A stretch of DNA of 64,000 nt from Thermodesulfobacteriota bacterium (lineage in GTDB: Bacteria; Desulfobacterota_D; UBA1144; Nemesobacterales; Nemesobacteraceae), in the NCBI GenBank assembly GCA_965232155.1, contig OZ246948.1, positions 1,258,938 to 1,322,937 of the forward strand, given 5' to 3'. Position 1 is the stretch's first letter. Every line of letters begins with the position of its first letter. The notes below the pieces were generated by a model. It was given only the letters and a program-made list of their open reading frames with translations. It did no database searches and was not told where the DNA came from. Position numbers and translations under genes: made by a program. Below, one piece after another: positions 1-9,170 of this stretch.

Positions 1-644
1 CTTTCCCGGGCCTCTACGAGGGGGGAGTTCCAGAAGAACCTAGCTCCGCCCCGGATACTTCTTCCTTGCAAACGGAAATTCCTTTACAGTTTAAATACAT
101 GGAACCCCTTTACGGCAGGGAAGATAAGCGAGAGCGGACGGAGATTTCCCCGCTTCCAGATCTGTTTTCCCCGACCGACCGCCTGAAAGACCCCGAGAGG
201 GCGGGGAGCATAATGCACAGGTTCCTTGAAGTCTGGGATTTCAGGGAGGAAACGGCTGAGAAAGAAATTGAGTTCGTTCTGGGAGAATTTCTCGTCTCAA
301 ACCCGAATATGAAGGAACTTCTGCTTGAACTTTCCTCGAATTTCCTCGAATCCGAGCTCTTTTCCTTCATAGGCGAGGCTCAGGAAATCAGAAGGGAGCT
401 TAAATTTGTCTTCAACCCCGGAAAAGACTCTCCGAAAAGGGGCAGAATAGACCTTCTGACCGAGGAGGATGGGGGAATCCGTCTTTTTGACTATAAGTAC
501 AGAAAATCAATCGATGACGATGCTCATGAAGCTTACAAAGAGCAAATGGACGGTTACTGCGAGGCCATACGCTCAAGATTCGAAAAACCGCTGCTTTCGC
601 GCCACATAGTTCTTATCCCGCGGGTTAAGCTCGTCTCCATATAA
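1..644 (+). CDS. C-terminal part of a UvrD/AddA-type helicase-nuclease (PD-(D/E)XK, RecB-like nuclease domain); the 5' end lies outside the window
   Basis: The frame is open from base 3 with no stop before the listed ATG at 66. GRIDLLTEEDGGIRLFDYKYRK fits the D...D/E-x-K nuclease core. GSIMHRFLE and YKEQMDGY fit the flanking conserved helices. Confidence 0.55.
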   Translation, partial: FPGLYEGGVPEEPSSAPDTSSLQTEIPLQFKYMEPLYGREDKRERTEISPLPDLFSPTDRLKDPERAGSIMHRFLEVWDFREETAEKEIEFVLGEFLVSNPNMKELLLELSSNFLESELFSFIGEAQEIRRELKFVFNPGKDSPKRGRIDLLTEEDGGIRLFDYKYRKSIDDDAHEAYKEQMDGYCEAIRSRFEKPLLSRHIVLIPRVKLVSI

Positions 645-651
645 AAGTTCC

Positions 652-1344
652 ATGGAAAAGACGGTCGTGATAATACCGGCGTTAAACGAAGAGCGCTCCA
701 TAGGAAAGGTAATCGGGGATATTTCCCGGGACCTGGTAACGGAGATAGTGGTTGTCGACAACGGTTCGACCGACTCCACCGCATGCGTTGCCTCGGGCTG
801 CGGAGCCACGGTTGTAAGCGAAGAGAGGAAGGGATACGGCCAAGCTTGTCTTGCGGGGATAAACTACATTAAAAATTCTCCCTATCTACCTGATATCATA
901 GTGTTTCTTGATGGGGATTATTCTGATTATCCGGGGGAAATGAAAACCCTTCTCTCACCGATAACCGAGGGCGGATACGATCTCGTAATAGGGTCAAGAA
1001 CCATCGGCGAAAGACAGAAAGGGGCGCTTTTGCCCCAGGCCGTTGTCGGCAACTACGTGGCGACCAGGCTTATAGAACTGTTTTACGGAGTGAGCTTTAC
1101 CGATCTTGGTCCCTTCAGGGCAATAAGATACGACAAGCTCCTTTCTCTTGATATGAGAGACGAAACCTTCGGATGGACGGTTGAGATGCAGGTAAAGGCC
1201 GCCAAGAAAGGACTTCGCTGCACAGAGGTTCCGGTGAGTTACAGGAAGAGAATAGGAACTTCAAAGGTAACCGGAACAATTACGGGAAGCTTTATGGCCG
1301 GGGTGAAGATCATCTGGATGATATTCAGGCAGCTTCTTTCGTAA
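652..1344 (+). CDS. Family 2 glycosyltransferase (dolichyl-phosphate sugar transferase-like)
   Basis: N-terminal VVIIPALNEERSIG...VVVDNGSTD...DGDYSD pattern is typical of the GT2 fold, including a DxD-like motif. Confidence 0.8.
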   Translation: MEKTVVIIPALNEERSIGKVIGDISRDLVTEIVVVDNGSTDSTACVASGCGATVVSEERKGYGQACLAGINYIKNSPYLPDIIVFLDGDYSDYPGEMKTLLSPITEGGYDLVIGSRTIGERQKGALLPQAVVGNYVATRLIELFYGVSFTDLGPFRAIRYDKLLSLDMRDETFGWTVEMQVKAAKKGLRCTEVPVSYRKRIGTSKVTGTITGSFMAGVKIIWMIFRQLLS

Positions 1345-1359
1345 GGTCGCTTGCTTGCG

Positions 1360-1433
1360 CGTCCCCGGCAGGATTCGAACCTGCGGCCTCAGGATTAGGA
1401 ATCCTGCGCTCTATCCAACTGAGCTACGGGGAC
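1360..1433 (-). tRNA. tRNA-Arg (anticodon CCT)
   Basis: The reverse complement folds by hand as a cloverleaf: acceptor GTCCCCG/CGGGGAC, D arm GCTC-AGTTGGATA-GAGC, anticodon arm CAGGA-TTCCTAA-TCCTG, T arm GCAGG-TTCGAAT-CCTGC. 74 nt, no encoded CCA. Confidence 0.9.
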
Positions 1434-1472
1434 ACAGAAGGGAAAATGAGTCTACCCGCCAGGGTTTCCGCT

Positions 1473-2327
1473 TCAAGGGGAAGCGGAATTGAATTTTATC
1501 TCGAAAACCTCAGACCAATTCTTTCCGGTGACAAGGAAAGTGCGGGAAGAGGGTTTCCAGGCGATTCCGTTCAGTACTCCGGCATTGTCAGAAAGACTGA
1601 GCCTTTTTCTAAGGTGCCCCAGGTTTATCCGTTTCTCAACCATGCCGCTTTCCGGGTCTAGGACCACTATATCGTCCGAGTGCCATATGTTGCAGTAAAT
1701 CTTTCCCTCTACGTATTCTAGCTCGTTTAGCCTGGCAACTGCCGACCCGTTCTCCTTTACGCTTAAGACTTTCGTTACCTCGAAGCTCTTTGGGGAGAGG
1801 AAATACAGTTTTTCGGTTCCGTCGCTCATTATAAGCTGCGTTCCGTTGTCGGTAAGCCCCCAACCCTCAGTGGAGTAGGTAAATGATCCCTCGCGCTTCA
1901 GTGTTTTCTTCCCATATATGAAGCCTTGGCCGGACTTCCATGTGAGCTGGTATATTCTGTCGCCTATTACGGTGAGACCTTCGCCGAAAAATTCCCGGGG
2001 AAGATCCCTTTTGGTGAGTACTTTCCCGGTGGCCGGATTCGTTTTTCTAAGAGATGACTTTCCATGTAGCCCGGTGCTTTCGTAAAGCAACCCGTCTCTG
2101 TAGACAAGACCCTGGGTGAAGGCGGTCGGGTCGTGAGGAAAAGAGTTAAGCACAGTGAAGCTATCTTGGGACTCTGAGGTCTTTTTTCCCTCGGAATAGG
2201 GAGCCTTGTCAGTATTACTTCCTGAGTTCTGCGTTTCGGAATAAGAGGAAAAAGGAAAGAGGGAAAAACAGAGGAAAACCACAAGGCCCGGAACAAGGTT
2301 TTTTATTCTGCCGCGGGGTTTTCGCAT
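1473..2327 (-). CDS. Glutaminyl-peptide cyclotransferase (beta-propeller, plant/bacterial type), secreted
   Basis: FPHDPTAFTQGLVYRDGLLYESTGLHGKSSLRK and later YQLTWKSG, EGWGLT and NGIAW repeats match the glutamine cyclotransferase family. I chose the start at the internal Met (MRKPRG...signal peptide) because the longer ORF to 2414 would run through the divergent promoter. Confidence 0.8.
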   Translation of the reverse strand: MRKPRGRIKNLVPGLVVFLCFSLFPFSSYSETQNSGSNTDKAPYSEGKKTSESQDSFTVLNSFPHDPTAFTQGLVYRDGLLYESTGLHGKSSLRKTNPATGKVLTKRDLPREFFGEGLTVIGDRIYQLTWKSGQGFIYGKKTLKREGSFTYSTEGWGLTDNGTQLIMSDGTEKLYFLSPKSFEVTKVLSVKENGSAVARLNELEYVEGKIYCNIWHSDDIVVLDPESGMVEKRINLGHLRKRLSLSDNAGVLNGIAWKPSSRTFLVTGKNWSEVFEIKFNSASP

Positions 2328-2377
2328 GGGGTTTATTTTAAGCCATAAGTGCTTCTTTTTGAAATCTGAATTTTTGC

Positions 2378-2405
2378 TTGACAGGGGGTTTGTTTTTGCT
2401 AGAAT
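2378..2405 (+). promoter_or_regulatory. Candidate sigma70 promoter for the metal-regulator/transporter operon
   Basis: TTGACA (2378-2383), 16-nt spacer, TAGAAT (2400-2405), about 85 nt upstream of the ATG at 2490. Confidence 0.45.
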
Positions 2406-2455
2406 TAAAAACAAATTTAGACAAGACTAAAATATTTTTTTGCCTGTCTGAATAT

Positions 2456-2472
2456 TAAGCGGTTTTCGCTTA
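2456..2472. promoter_or_regulatory. Perfect palindrome TAAGCG-N5-CGCTTA; possible operator for the DtxR/MntR-family repressor
   Basis: Inverted repeat read directly in the leader between the candidate promoter and the regulator start codon. There is no match to a known box that I can verify. Confidence 0.25.
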
Positions 2473-2489
2473 GATAAGAGAGAAAAAAG

Positions 2490-3149
2490 ATGCTTTCGCA
2501 ATCAATAGAGGATTATCTTAAGACCATTTATGAGGTTGAGACTTCCGAAGGGAAGGTTTCGACCAGTGCGCTTTCGGAAAAACTGGGCGTGTCTCCGGCT
2601 TCGGTGACGAGCATGATGAAAAAGCTCTCGGAGAAAAAGCTCATAACCCATAAGCGCTACCAGGGGGTGAAGCTTACTCCCGCTGGCAGGAAAATAGCTC
2701 TTGAGATAATCAGACATCACCGGCTTATCGAGCTTTACCTCAAGGAGGCGCTCGGTGTTCCCTGGGACCAGGTGCATCAGGAAGCCGAGAAATGGGAACA
2801 CGTGCTCTCAGAAGACCTCGAAGACAGGATTGACAAGTTTCTGGGTTATCCGGTCACCGACCCGCACGGTTCGCCGATTCCGCGCCGAGACGGCACAATG
2901 ATCGTGAGGGAGTGCGACGCTCTTGTGGATGTGGAGCCTGACACCTTGGTAAAAGTGGTTGAAGTGAGCGATCATGACCCGGAACTGCTTCGTTACCTAG
3001 GCGGGATAGGTCTCTATCCGGAAACCGAGATGACGGTTATTTCGAAGCAGCCCTTTAAGGGCCCCATAATCGTCGAGCTCACCGGGAAGGAATATCCCAT
3101 AGGGCGAAACGCAGCCAAGTACATACTGGTTGAGAAAGCTAACAACTGA
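2490..3149 (+). CDS. DtxR/MntR/TroR-family metal-dependent transcriptional repressor with a C-terminal SH3/FeoA-like domain
   Basis: MLSQSIEDYLKTIYE...VSTSALSEKLGVSPASVTSMMKKL...HHRLIELYL is the family's wHTH plus dimerisation helix. It sits directly upstream of a metal ABC importer. Confidence 0.85.
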   Translation: MLSQSIEDYLKTIYEVETSEGKVSTSALSEKLGVSPASVTSMMKKLSEKKLITHKRYQGVKLTPAGRKIALEIIRHHRLIELYLKEALGVPWDQVHQEAEKWEHVLSEDLEDRIDKFLGYPVTDPHGSPIPRRDGTMIVRECDALVDVEPDTLVKVVEVSDHDPELLRYLGGIGLYPETEMTVISKQPFKGPIIVELTGKEYPIGRNAAKYILVEKANN

Positions 3150-3159
3150 GAGAGGAAAA

Positions 3160-4143
3160 ATGAAAATGATAACGGGCATAAGGTTTTTTCTGCTTTTTTC
3201 GCTGCTGGTGTTCTCCGGGGCCTGCGCTGAGAGCAGCGGAAGCGTAAAAAGGGAAGGCACAATAAAAGTGGTTACGACCACCGCCATGATCGGGGACCTC
3301 GTAAGAAACATCGCCGGGGAAAAGGTGGAAGTCATCTCGCTTATGGGAACCGGGGTTGACCCGCATCTCTACAAGGCAAGTGCCGGGGACGTGGAAAGGC
3401 TTGCCGGGGCCGACATGATTTTTTATAACGGCCTTCACCTTGAGGGGAAGATTACGGATGTTCTCGCGCAGATGAAAAAAAGCGGGATATTCACGGTGGG
3501 CGTCGCGGAGGGAATCGACAGGTCCCTGCTTCTTTCTCCCGAGGAATACGAGGGATACTACGACCCGCATATCTGGTTTGACGTCACTCTTTGGAAAAAA
3601 GCGGCCAAGGTTGTAAAGGAGGCCTTCTCTCTCTACGACCCTGAAAACGCAAGTATCTACAAACAGAATACAGAATCCTATCTGAAAGAACTGGACCTGC
3701 TGCAGTCTTACGTACAGAAGAAAATCGCCTTGTTACGTCACGAAAGAAGGGTGCTTATAACGGCCCACGACGCGTTTAATTATTTCGGAAGAGGTTACGG
3801 GTTTGAGGTGATGGGGCTTCAGGGAATAAGTACCGATTCCGAAGCGAGCGTCGCGGATATACAGAATCTCTCAAGGGTAATCACCGAGCGAAAAATTCCG
3901 GCCGTTTTCGTCGAAACCTCCATTTCTCCCAGATACATGCAGGCCCTTCGGGCCTCGGTTAAGGCAAGAGGTTTTGATGTCCGGATAGGCGGCAGTCTTT
4001 ACTCCGACTCTATGGGCGGCCCGGGAACGGAAGAGGGCAGCTACATAGGGATGTTCAGGAGCAACGTGGATACTATCGTCGAGTCCCTGAGCCGCAGTAT
4101 CGAGGTTGCTGATTCCAAAGCCGAAGCTGCCGGAGATGGGTGA
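3160..4143 (+). CDS. Metal (Mn/Zn/Fe) ABC transporter substrate-binding protein, TroA/ZnuA/MntC cluster A-I
   Basis: Signal peptide ending in ...FSGAC, then TTTAMIGDLVRNIAG...GVDPHLY...DPHIWFD, the metal-binding histidine motifs of the family. Start taken at MKMITG after a GAGAGGA RBS. Confidence 0.85.
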   Translation: MKMITGIRFFLLFSLLVFSGACAESSGSVKREGTIKVVTTTAMIGDLVRNIAGEKVEVISLMGTGVDPHLYKASAGDVERLAGADMIFYNGLHLEGKITDVLAQMKKSGIFTVGVAEGIDRSLLLSPEEYEGYYDPHIWFDVTLWKKAAKVVKEAFSLYDPENASIYKQNTESYLKELDLLQSYVQKKIALLRHERRVLITAHDAFNYFGRGYGFEVMGLQGISTDSEASVADIQNLSRVITERKIPAVFVETSISPRYMQALRASVKARGFDVRIGGSLYSDSMGGPGTEEGSYIGMFRSNVDTIVESLSRSIEVADSKAEAAGDG

Positions 4144-4910
4144 TGGGCAGCAAAGGGCAGGATCCGGCAGTCCGTGTGACGGACCTTACCGTCGCTTACG
4201 GCGACAAGACCGTTCTCTGGGATATAGATCTTGAGATTCCAGGCGGGTCGATGACTGCCGTCGTGGGACCAAACGGCGCCGGGAAGACAACGCTGATAAA
4301 ATCCATCCAGGGACTTGTTCCGCGCGTCGCGGGGGTCGTCTCAATCCACGGCAAACCCTACGAAAAGCAGAGAAAGGAAGTTAGCTATGTTCCCCAGAGG
4401 GGTTCTGTGGACTGGGATTTCCCCACCTCCGTGGTGGATACGGTGAAAATGGGGAGTTACGGAGACCTTGGCTGGATAAGGCGTCCCGGAAAAAAGGAGC
4501 ATGAAAAGGCGCTTGGGGCACTTGAAAAAGTCGATATGCTTGAGTTTGCCCAGAGGCAGATAAGCCAACTCTCAGGAGGGCAGCAGCAGAGGGTTTTTCT
4601 CGCAAGAGCCCTTGTTCAGAGCGCATCGGTTTACCTTCTTGATGAACCCTTCCAGGGGGTTGACGCCACGACCGAAAAAGCTATAGTCAGGATACTCAAG
4701 GAACTTGTCGCCGGGGGAAAGACCGTGCTCGCGGTTCATCACGATCTTAACACCGTTTCCGAGTACTACGAGCGGATCGCCATTCTGAATGTGGGACTCG
4801 TGGCCTCGGGGAAGGTGAGTGAGGTCTTTAATTCCGAGAATCTCATGAAGGCTTACGGCGGCAAGACCTCCTTTTTCCCCGAAAGAAAATCGGCCGTAAG
4901 GGCAGTGTGA
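4140..4910 (+). CDS. Metal ABC transporter ATP-binding protein
   Basis: Walker A GPNGAGKTT, signature LSGGQQQR, Walker B VYLLDEP. Start overlaps the upstream stop. Confidence 0.9.
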   Translation: MMGSKGQDPAVRVTDLTVAYGDKTVLWDIDLEIPGGSMTAVVGPNGAGKTTLIKSIQGLVPRVAGVVSIHGKPYEKQRKEVSYVPQRGSVDWDFPTSVVDTVKMGSYGDLGWIRRPGKKEHEKALGALEKVDMLEFAQRQISQLSGGQQQRVFLARALVQSASVYLLDEPFQGVDATTEKAIVRILKELVAGGKTVLAVHHDLNTVSEYYERIAILNVGLVASGKVSEVFNSENLMKAYGGKTSFFPERKSAVRAV

Positions 4911-6034
4911 TGCTTGAGTTTGTGGTTGAGCTTTTCTCTGACTATACGGCCAGGACCATTCTCTTGGGAGCGGCTTCCCTTGGGATTGTAAGCGGCGTGG
5001 TCGGTTCATACGCGGTGCTTAGAAAGCAAAGCCTCGTGGGCGACGTCATGTCGCACGCGGCCCTTCCCGGAATAGTGCTCGCCTTCATAATAGTGGGAGT
5101 CAAGGATCAGCTGCCGATCTTTATCGGGGCCGCGCTCTCCGCCGTCCTGGCCGTTTTTCTGATCAACCTGATTACCAGCAACTCAAGGATAAAAACCGAC
5201 AGCGCGATGGGGATGGCGCTTTCTGTTTTCTTCGGGCTTGGGCTCGTTCTTCTTACCTACGCGCAGAGAATGCCGGATGCCAACCAGGCGGGGCTTGATA
5301 AGTTTCTTTTCGGCCAGGCGGAGGCGCTTGTCGAAAAAGATGTCCTCGTTATAGGTGTTACGGGGCTTTTCGCCCTTTTGGTTGTGGGACTTTTCTGGAA
5401 GGAGTTCAAGCTTCTTTGCTTCGACCCGGATTTCGGGGGCACTATGGGTTTTTCCATGAAGTCTCTGGATCTGCTCGTTACGGCCGTCATAGTTTCGGCG
5501 ATAGTGATCGGGCTGCAGACGGTAGGGGTCGTGCTTATGAGTTCGATGCTTATTGCCCCCGCAGTCGCGGCCAGGCAGTGGACCGGCAACATGGGCTCGA
5601 TGGTGATTCTCGCGGCCTTAATAGCGGCCGTCTCCGGCGTAACGGGCGTTGCGCTGAGTGCCGGGCTTGAGAACGTGCCGACGGGACCCGCGGTTATAGT
5701 CTGCGTTAGTCTTATCGCTTTTTTCTCGGTCCTTTTCTCGCCGAACGGATTTTTCACCCTGAGATTCAAAGATGCAAGGAGCAGAAGGGAGATAAAGAAG
5801 GATTACGTTCTTAAGGCCCTCCACGATCTGGCTCTTGAACATAACGACCCCGGCTACGCCCATTCAGAGAAGCTGCTTGCGCTTGGAAGCGAGAAGGGGT
5901 TTAACGTTAGAAAAAGTCTTTTGCAGCTCCAGACGGCCGGATACGTGGAGAGGGCGGGAGAAGAGAACTGGCGGCTTACCCCAAGCGGCATTCGCGAGAT
6001 CAGAAGGCTTTCACCGGTGGGGAGGAGCGGATGA
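4907..6034 (+). CDS. ABC-3 family metal transporter permease (TroC-like) with a C-terminal winged-helix-like extension
   Basis: Multi-TM ABC-3 body, then a roughly 90-aa soluble tail: ...KDYVLKALHDLALEH...LLQLQTAGYVERAGEENWRLTPSGIREI. Confidence 0.8.
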   Translation: MMLEFVVELFSDYTARTILLGAASLGIVSGVVGSYAVLRKQSLVGDVMSHAALPGIVLAFIIVGVKDQLPIFIGAALSAVLAVFLINLITSNSRIKTDSAMGMALSVFFGLGLVLLTYAQRMPDANQAGLDKFLFGQAEALVEKDVLVIGVTGLFALLVVGLFWKEFKLLCFDPDFGGTMGFSMKSLDLLVTAVIVSAIVIGLQTVGVVLMSSMLIAPAVAARQWTGNMGSMVILAALIAAVSGVTGVALSAGLENVPTGPAVIVCVSLIAFFSVLFSPNGFFTLRFKDARSRREIKKDYVLKALHDLALEHNDPGYAHSEKLLALGSEKGFNVRKSLLQLQTAGYVERAGEENWRLTPSGIREIRRLSPVGRSG

Positions 6035-7131
6035 GCCCCCATCAGGTCGATATACAGCTGGTAGCCGTCATAGTTGCGGCTTCATGCGCCATACCGGGGG
6101 CATTTCTTGTCCTCCGAAGAATGTCCATGATGACTGACGCGATCAGCCATTCCATTCTGCTCGGTATAATCCTCGCTTTTTTTCTAGTAGGGGATCTTTC
6201 CTCGCCGATTCTCATAATAGGGGCCGCCGCGAGCGGGGTGCTTGCGATCTCGCTCATAGAGGCGGTTAACCGCGCGAGGCTCGTGAAAAAGGACGCGTCG
6301 ATAGGGATAGTCTTCCCGTTTCTTTTCAGCGTGGCGGTCATACTGCTTTCCAGATACGCGCGAAACGTGCATATCGATACCCACTCCGTGCTTCTCGGGG
6401 AGATAGCGTTTGCTCCTTTTGACCGCCTGATTCTCTCAGGGATGGACCTGGGACCCAAATCGGCTTTCGTAATGGGTTCGATTCTTCTTTTGAACCTGCT
6501 TTTCATCTGCTTTTTCTACAAGGAGCTCAAGGTGTCTACCTTTGACGAGAGCTTTGCGTCGTCAATAGGATTCCGTCCCCGGCTCATCCACTACCTGCTT
6601 ATGGCTGTAGTGTCGCTTACATGCGTCGGGGCGTTTGACGCTGTGGGCTCGATACTGGTTATAGCGCTTATAGTGATTCCGCCTTGCTGCGCCTACCTTC
6701 TTACGGATTCTCTTTTCAGGATGATTTTCCTGAGCGTGGTCTTTGGAATCTCGGCTGCCGTTTCAGGGTTCTGGGTCGCCAACTGGCTTGACGTTAACAT
6801 AGCGGGCTCAATGGCTTTTGTGTGCGGGGTGTTTTTCCTCGCGGTCTTTCTCCTTGCTCCTCAAAGGGGGCTTTTCGGCATAATGAGAGAAAAAAGGAAA
6901 CAGAGAATGGATTTTGCCGAGGCTTCACTTCTCGTGAGCCTTTACAACCAGGAAGAAGGGGTGACGGTAAAAAACCATCCCGACAGCAGGGGCATGTTCC
7001 GGTCGGCTGATTTCGCATCAAAAGTGGTTGGATTTCTCAAGCAGAAAGGGGAAATAGCTGTTGCGGGCGAGGGGCTTTTTCTTACGGAGAAAGGAAGAGA
7101 GAGGGTGCGGATTACCATGGAGGGAAGGTGA
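6031..7131 (+). CDS. ABC-3 family metal transporter permease (TroD-like) with a C-terminal winged-helix-like extension
   Basis: Multi-TM body with DAISHSILLGI. The tail is ...FASKVVGFLKQKGEIAVAGEGLFLTEKGRERV. Confidence 0.8.
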   Translation: MSPHQVDIQLVAVIVAASCAIPGAFLVLRRMSMMTDAISHSILLGIILAFFLVGDLSSPILIIGAAASGVLAISLIEAVNRARLVKKDASIGIVFPFLFSVAVILLSRYARNVHIDTHSVLLGEIAFAPFDRLILSGMDLGPKSAFVMGSILLLNLLFICFFYKELKVSTFDESFASSIGFRPRLIHYLLMAVVSLTCVGAFDAVGSILVIALIVIPPCCAYLLTDSLFRMIFLSVVFGISAAVSGFWVANWLDVNIAGSMAFVCGVFFLAVFLLAPQRGLFGIMREKRKQRMDFAEASLLVSLYNQEEGVTVKNHPDSRGMFRSADFASKVVGFLKQKGEIAVAGEGLFLTEKGRERVRITMEGR

Positions 7132-7162
7132 TTCCGGGCTGATAGAACAAAGGCAAGCCTGT

Positions 7163-7849
7163 TTACAGTATTTCGACTAAATCTGCCTCTACGGTTTCGC
7201 CTATGCCCAGTTTGCCATCTATCCTGACTTTGCGTTCAACGACTATTTCTTCGCACGGAAGATCCTCTTCATCTCCTCTCTCAATATCGGTTCTTGATGT
7301 GAGGTTGGCTGTTACTTCCGTTTCATTGCCCTCAGATAATATTTTTACCCTTATGGTTCCCCCTGATGAAGTGTCGTTGACACAGTTCTTCGAATCCACT
7401 TGCCCCTCGAAACTTATGTTGATGTAATCCCATCTTGGGGCTCTATCCTCGATTACGATATCCTGAATATCGATCACCGCTCCCGGGAAAACTGGAACCC
7501 TTATCGTGCCAAGCGAGGAGTCTCCATTCTCAAAAAATTCAAGTTCTACTTTCGGGTCGAGGTTGTTTTCTATGTGGAAATCATCTCTTACGGATGTCGT
7601 GTCTTCACAGCAAAATACTGTCTCATCTTTTACTACGCTTGCCCTCACAACGAGGTTTGAACCTTCGGCTATATCAGGAATTATTTCCTCGATAAATCCC
7701 GTGACTGTCTCATTCGCTTCCACATCGCCATCTGCGGTTCCACCGCCGAAATCGACATCCAGCCCGCATCCCGAAACTGCGAATAAGGAAATAAAAAAGA
7801 AAAGCAGGTAGATTTTCACGGCGCTTGCGCGGGTTTCTGTGTGCATCAA
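7163..7849 (-). CDS. Hypothetical acidic lipoprotein
   Basis: Signal peptide with the lipobox ...FAVSGC. The mature part is Asp/Glu-rich. I recognise no family. Confidence 0.5.
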   Translation of the reverse strand: MMHTETRASAVKIYLLFFFISLFAVSGCGLDVDFGGGTADGDVEANETVTGFIEEIIPDIAEGSNLVVRASVVKDETVFCCEDTTSVRDDFHIENNLDPKVELEFFENGDSSLGTIRVPVFPGAVIDIQDIVIEDRAPRWDYINISFEGQVDSKNCVNDTSSGGTIRVKILSEGNETEVTANLTSRTDIERGDEEDLPCEEIVVERKVRIDGKLGIGETVEADLVEIL

Positions 7850-7960
7850 GATCCCTCGATTTCTAATTTGCCAGACATAAAAGATAACATGAAATTCGTA
7901 TTAGTTTATTTTTCTTTTCCGTTTTGACACTCCGGGGATTTTACCGCAATATCAGCCGAT

Positions 7961-9169
7961 ATGAAAAAAACGAATGTACTTTTCATCAATCACTCGGTAA
8001 GGGACGGAGGACCGGGAAGAAGCCTTCTCTACATACTGAAGTACATTGACCGGGACAGGATAAACCCGTTTGTGCTCGTCCCGAAACACGACATATTCTC
8101 TGAGAGCCTAAAATCCGAGGGCATCTTTGAAAACGTCATAGTGGATCCCAGGTTTCCAGAGAACATACAGAAATCAACAATGGTTGCGGACACCACATGG
8201 GCCCCTGGTCTTATGAGAGTTTTCTCCATAATCGTAAACATAGTAAACATGCTCCGCCTGCTTTTCGGTTCCCCCAAGATAATCAGGGAAAACGGAATCG
8301 ACATTGTCTACTGCAACGGAACCCTTGCAAAAATCGTGGGAACCCTGATCGGAAGGAAAAATAAAAAACCCGTCATCTGGCACGTAAGGAACATACAGCA
8401 GACGCGGTTTATGAAATCTTTAATGGAAACTCTCTCCGGGTTTCAGTGCGTTAAGAAGATAATATGCGTTTCCCGCGCCACGGCCGAGCCGTTTAAGAGA
8501 GCAAAAAGCAAGGTTCACGTTGTCTATAACGGCATTGACCCGGCGGATTTCGACAGGGATTCCGTTGGGGGGTCTCTGAGAGAGGAGTTCTCCATACCCC
8601 CGGACACCGTGCTTGTCGGAAACACAGGAAGGGTGGTTCCGAGAAAGGGCTACGTGGAATTAATCGACACTGTAAGCCGACTTGCTTCAGATGGCGATAT
8701 CGACGAGAAAACAAAGTTCGTTATAGTCGGAGATACCCCGTGGTTTTTTCCGAAAAATCACCTGCGGGAGCTTGAGGATCATGCGGAGCGACTTGGGGTG
8801 CGGGAGAGCTTTATCTTCACCGGGTACAGAAAGGACGTAAGACCCTGTCTTAAGGATTTTGACCTTTTCGTCATCCCATCCAATTACCCGGACCCTTTCC
8901 CTAGGTCCGTGATAGAGGCGATGGCGTTCAGTCTTCCCGTCGTTGGCTTTTCAATAGGGGGGATAGCGGAGGCCGTTGAGGACGGGGAAACCGGTTTTCT
9001 CTGCGCTCCCGGAGATTTTCAGAAGATAGGGGAGAGCATCTCGATTCTCGCGCGGGACGCGGGGGCCCGGGGTGAAATGGGCCGAAACGCGAGACGCAGG
9101 GTGATGGAAATGTGTTCCGCCGCAGAGCGGACAGCGGACATACAGAAGATAATACTCGAGGTCCGGTGA
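7961..9169 (+). CDS. Family 4 (GT-B) glycosyltransferase
   Basis: C-terminal SVIEAMAFSLPVVGFSIGGIAEAVEDGETGFL matches the E-x7-E region of GT4 enzymes. Confidence 0.8.
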   Translation: MKKTNVLFINHSVRDGGPGRSLLYILKYIDRDRINPFVLVPKHDIFSESLKSEGIFENVIVDPRFPENIQKSTMVADTTWAPGLMRVFSIIVNIVNMLRLLFGSPKIIRENGIDIVYCNGTLAKIVGTLIGRKNKKPVIWHVRNIQQTRFMKSLMETLSGFQCVKKIICVSRATAEPFKRAKSKVHVVYNGIDPADFDRDSVGGSLREEFSIPPDTVLVGNTGRVVPRKGYVELIDTVSRLASDGDIDEKTKFVIVGDTPWFFPKNHLRELEDHAERLGVRESFIFTGYRKDVRPCLKDFDLFVIPSNYPDPFPRSVIEAMAFSLPVVGFSIGGIAEAVEDGETGFLCAPGDFQKIGESISILARDAGARGEMGRNARRRVMEMCSAAERTADIQKIILEVR

Positions 9170-9170
9170 T

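Noticed and set aside
1473-2414. Full-length 313-aa version of the glutaminyl cyclase ORF
   Set aside because: The first 29 codons run through the AT-rich divergent promoter region, including TTGACA-N16-TAGAAT on the other strand. The internal Met at 2327 gives a normal signal peptide.
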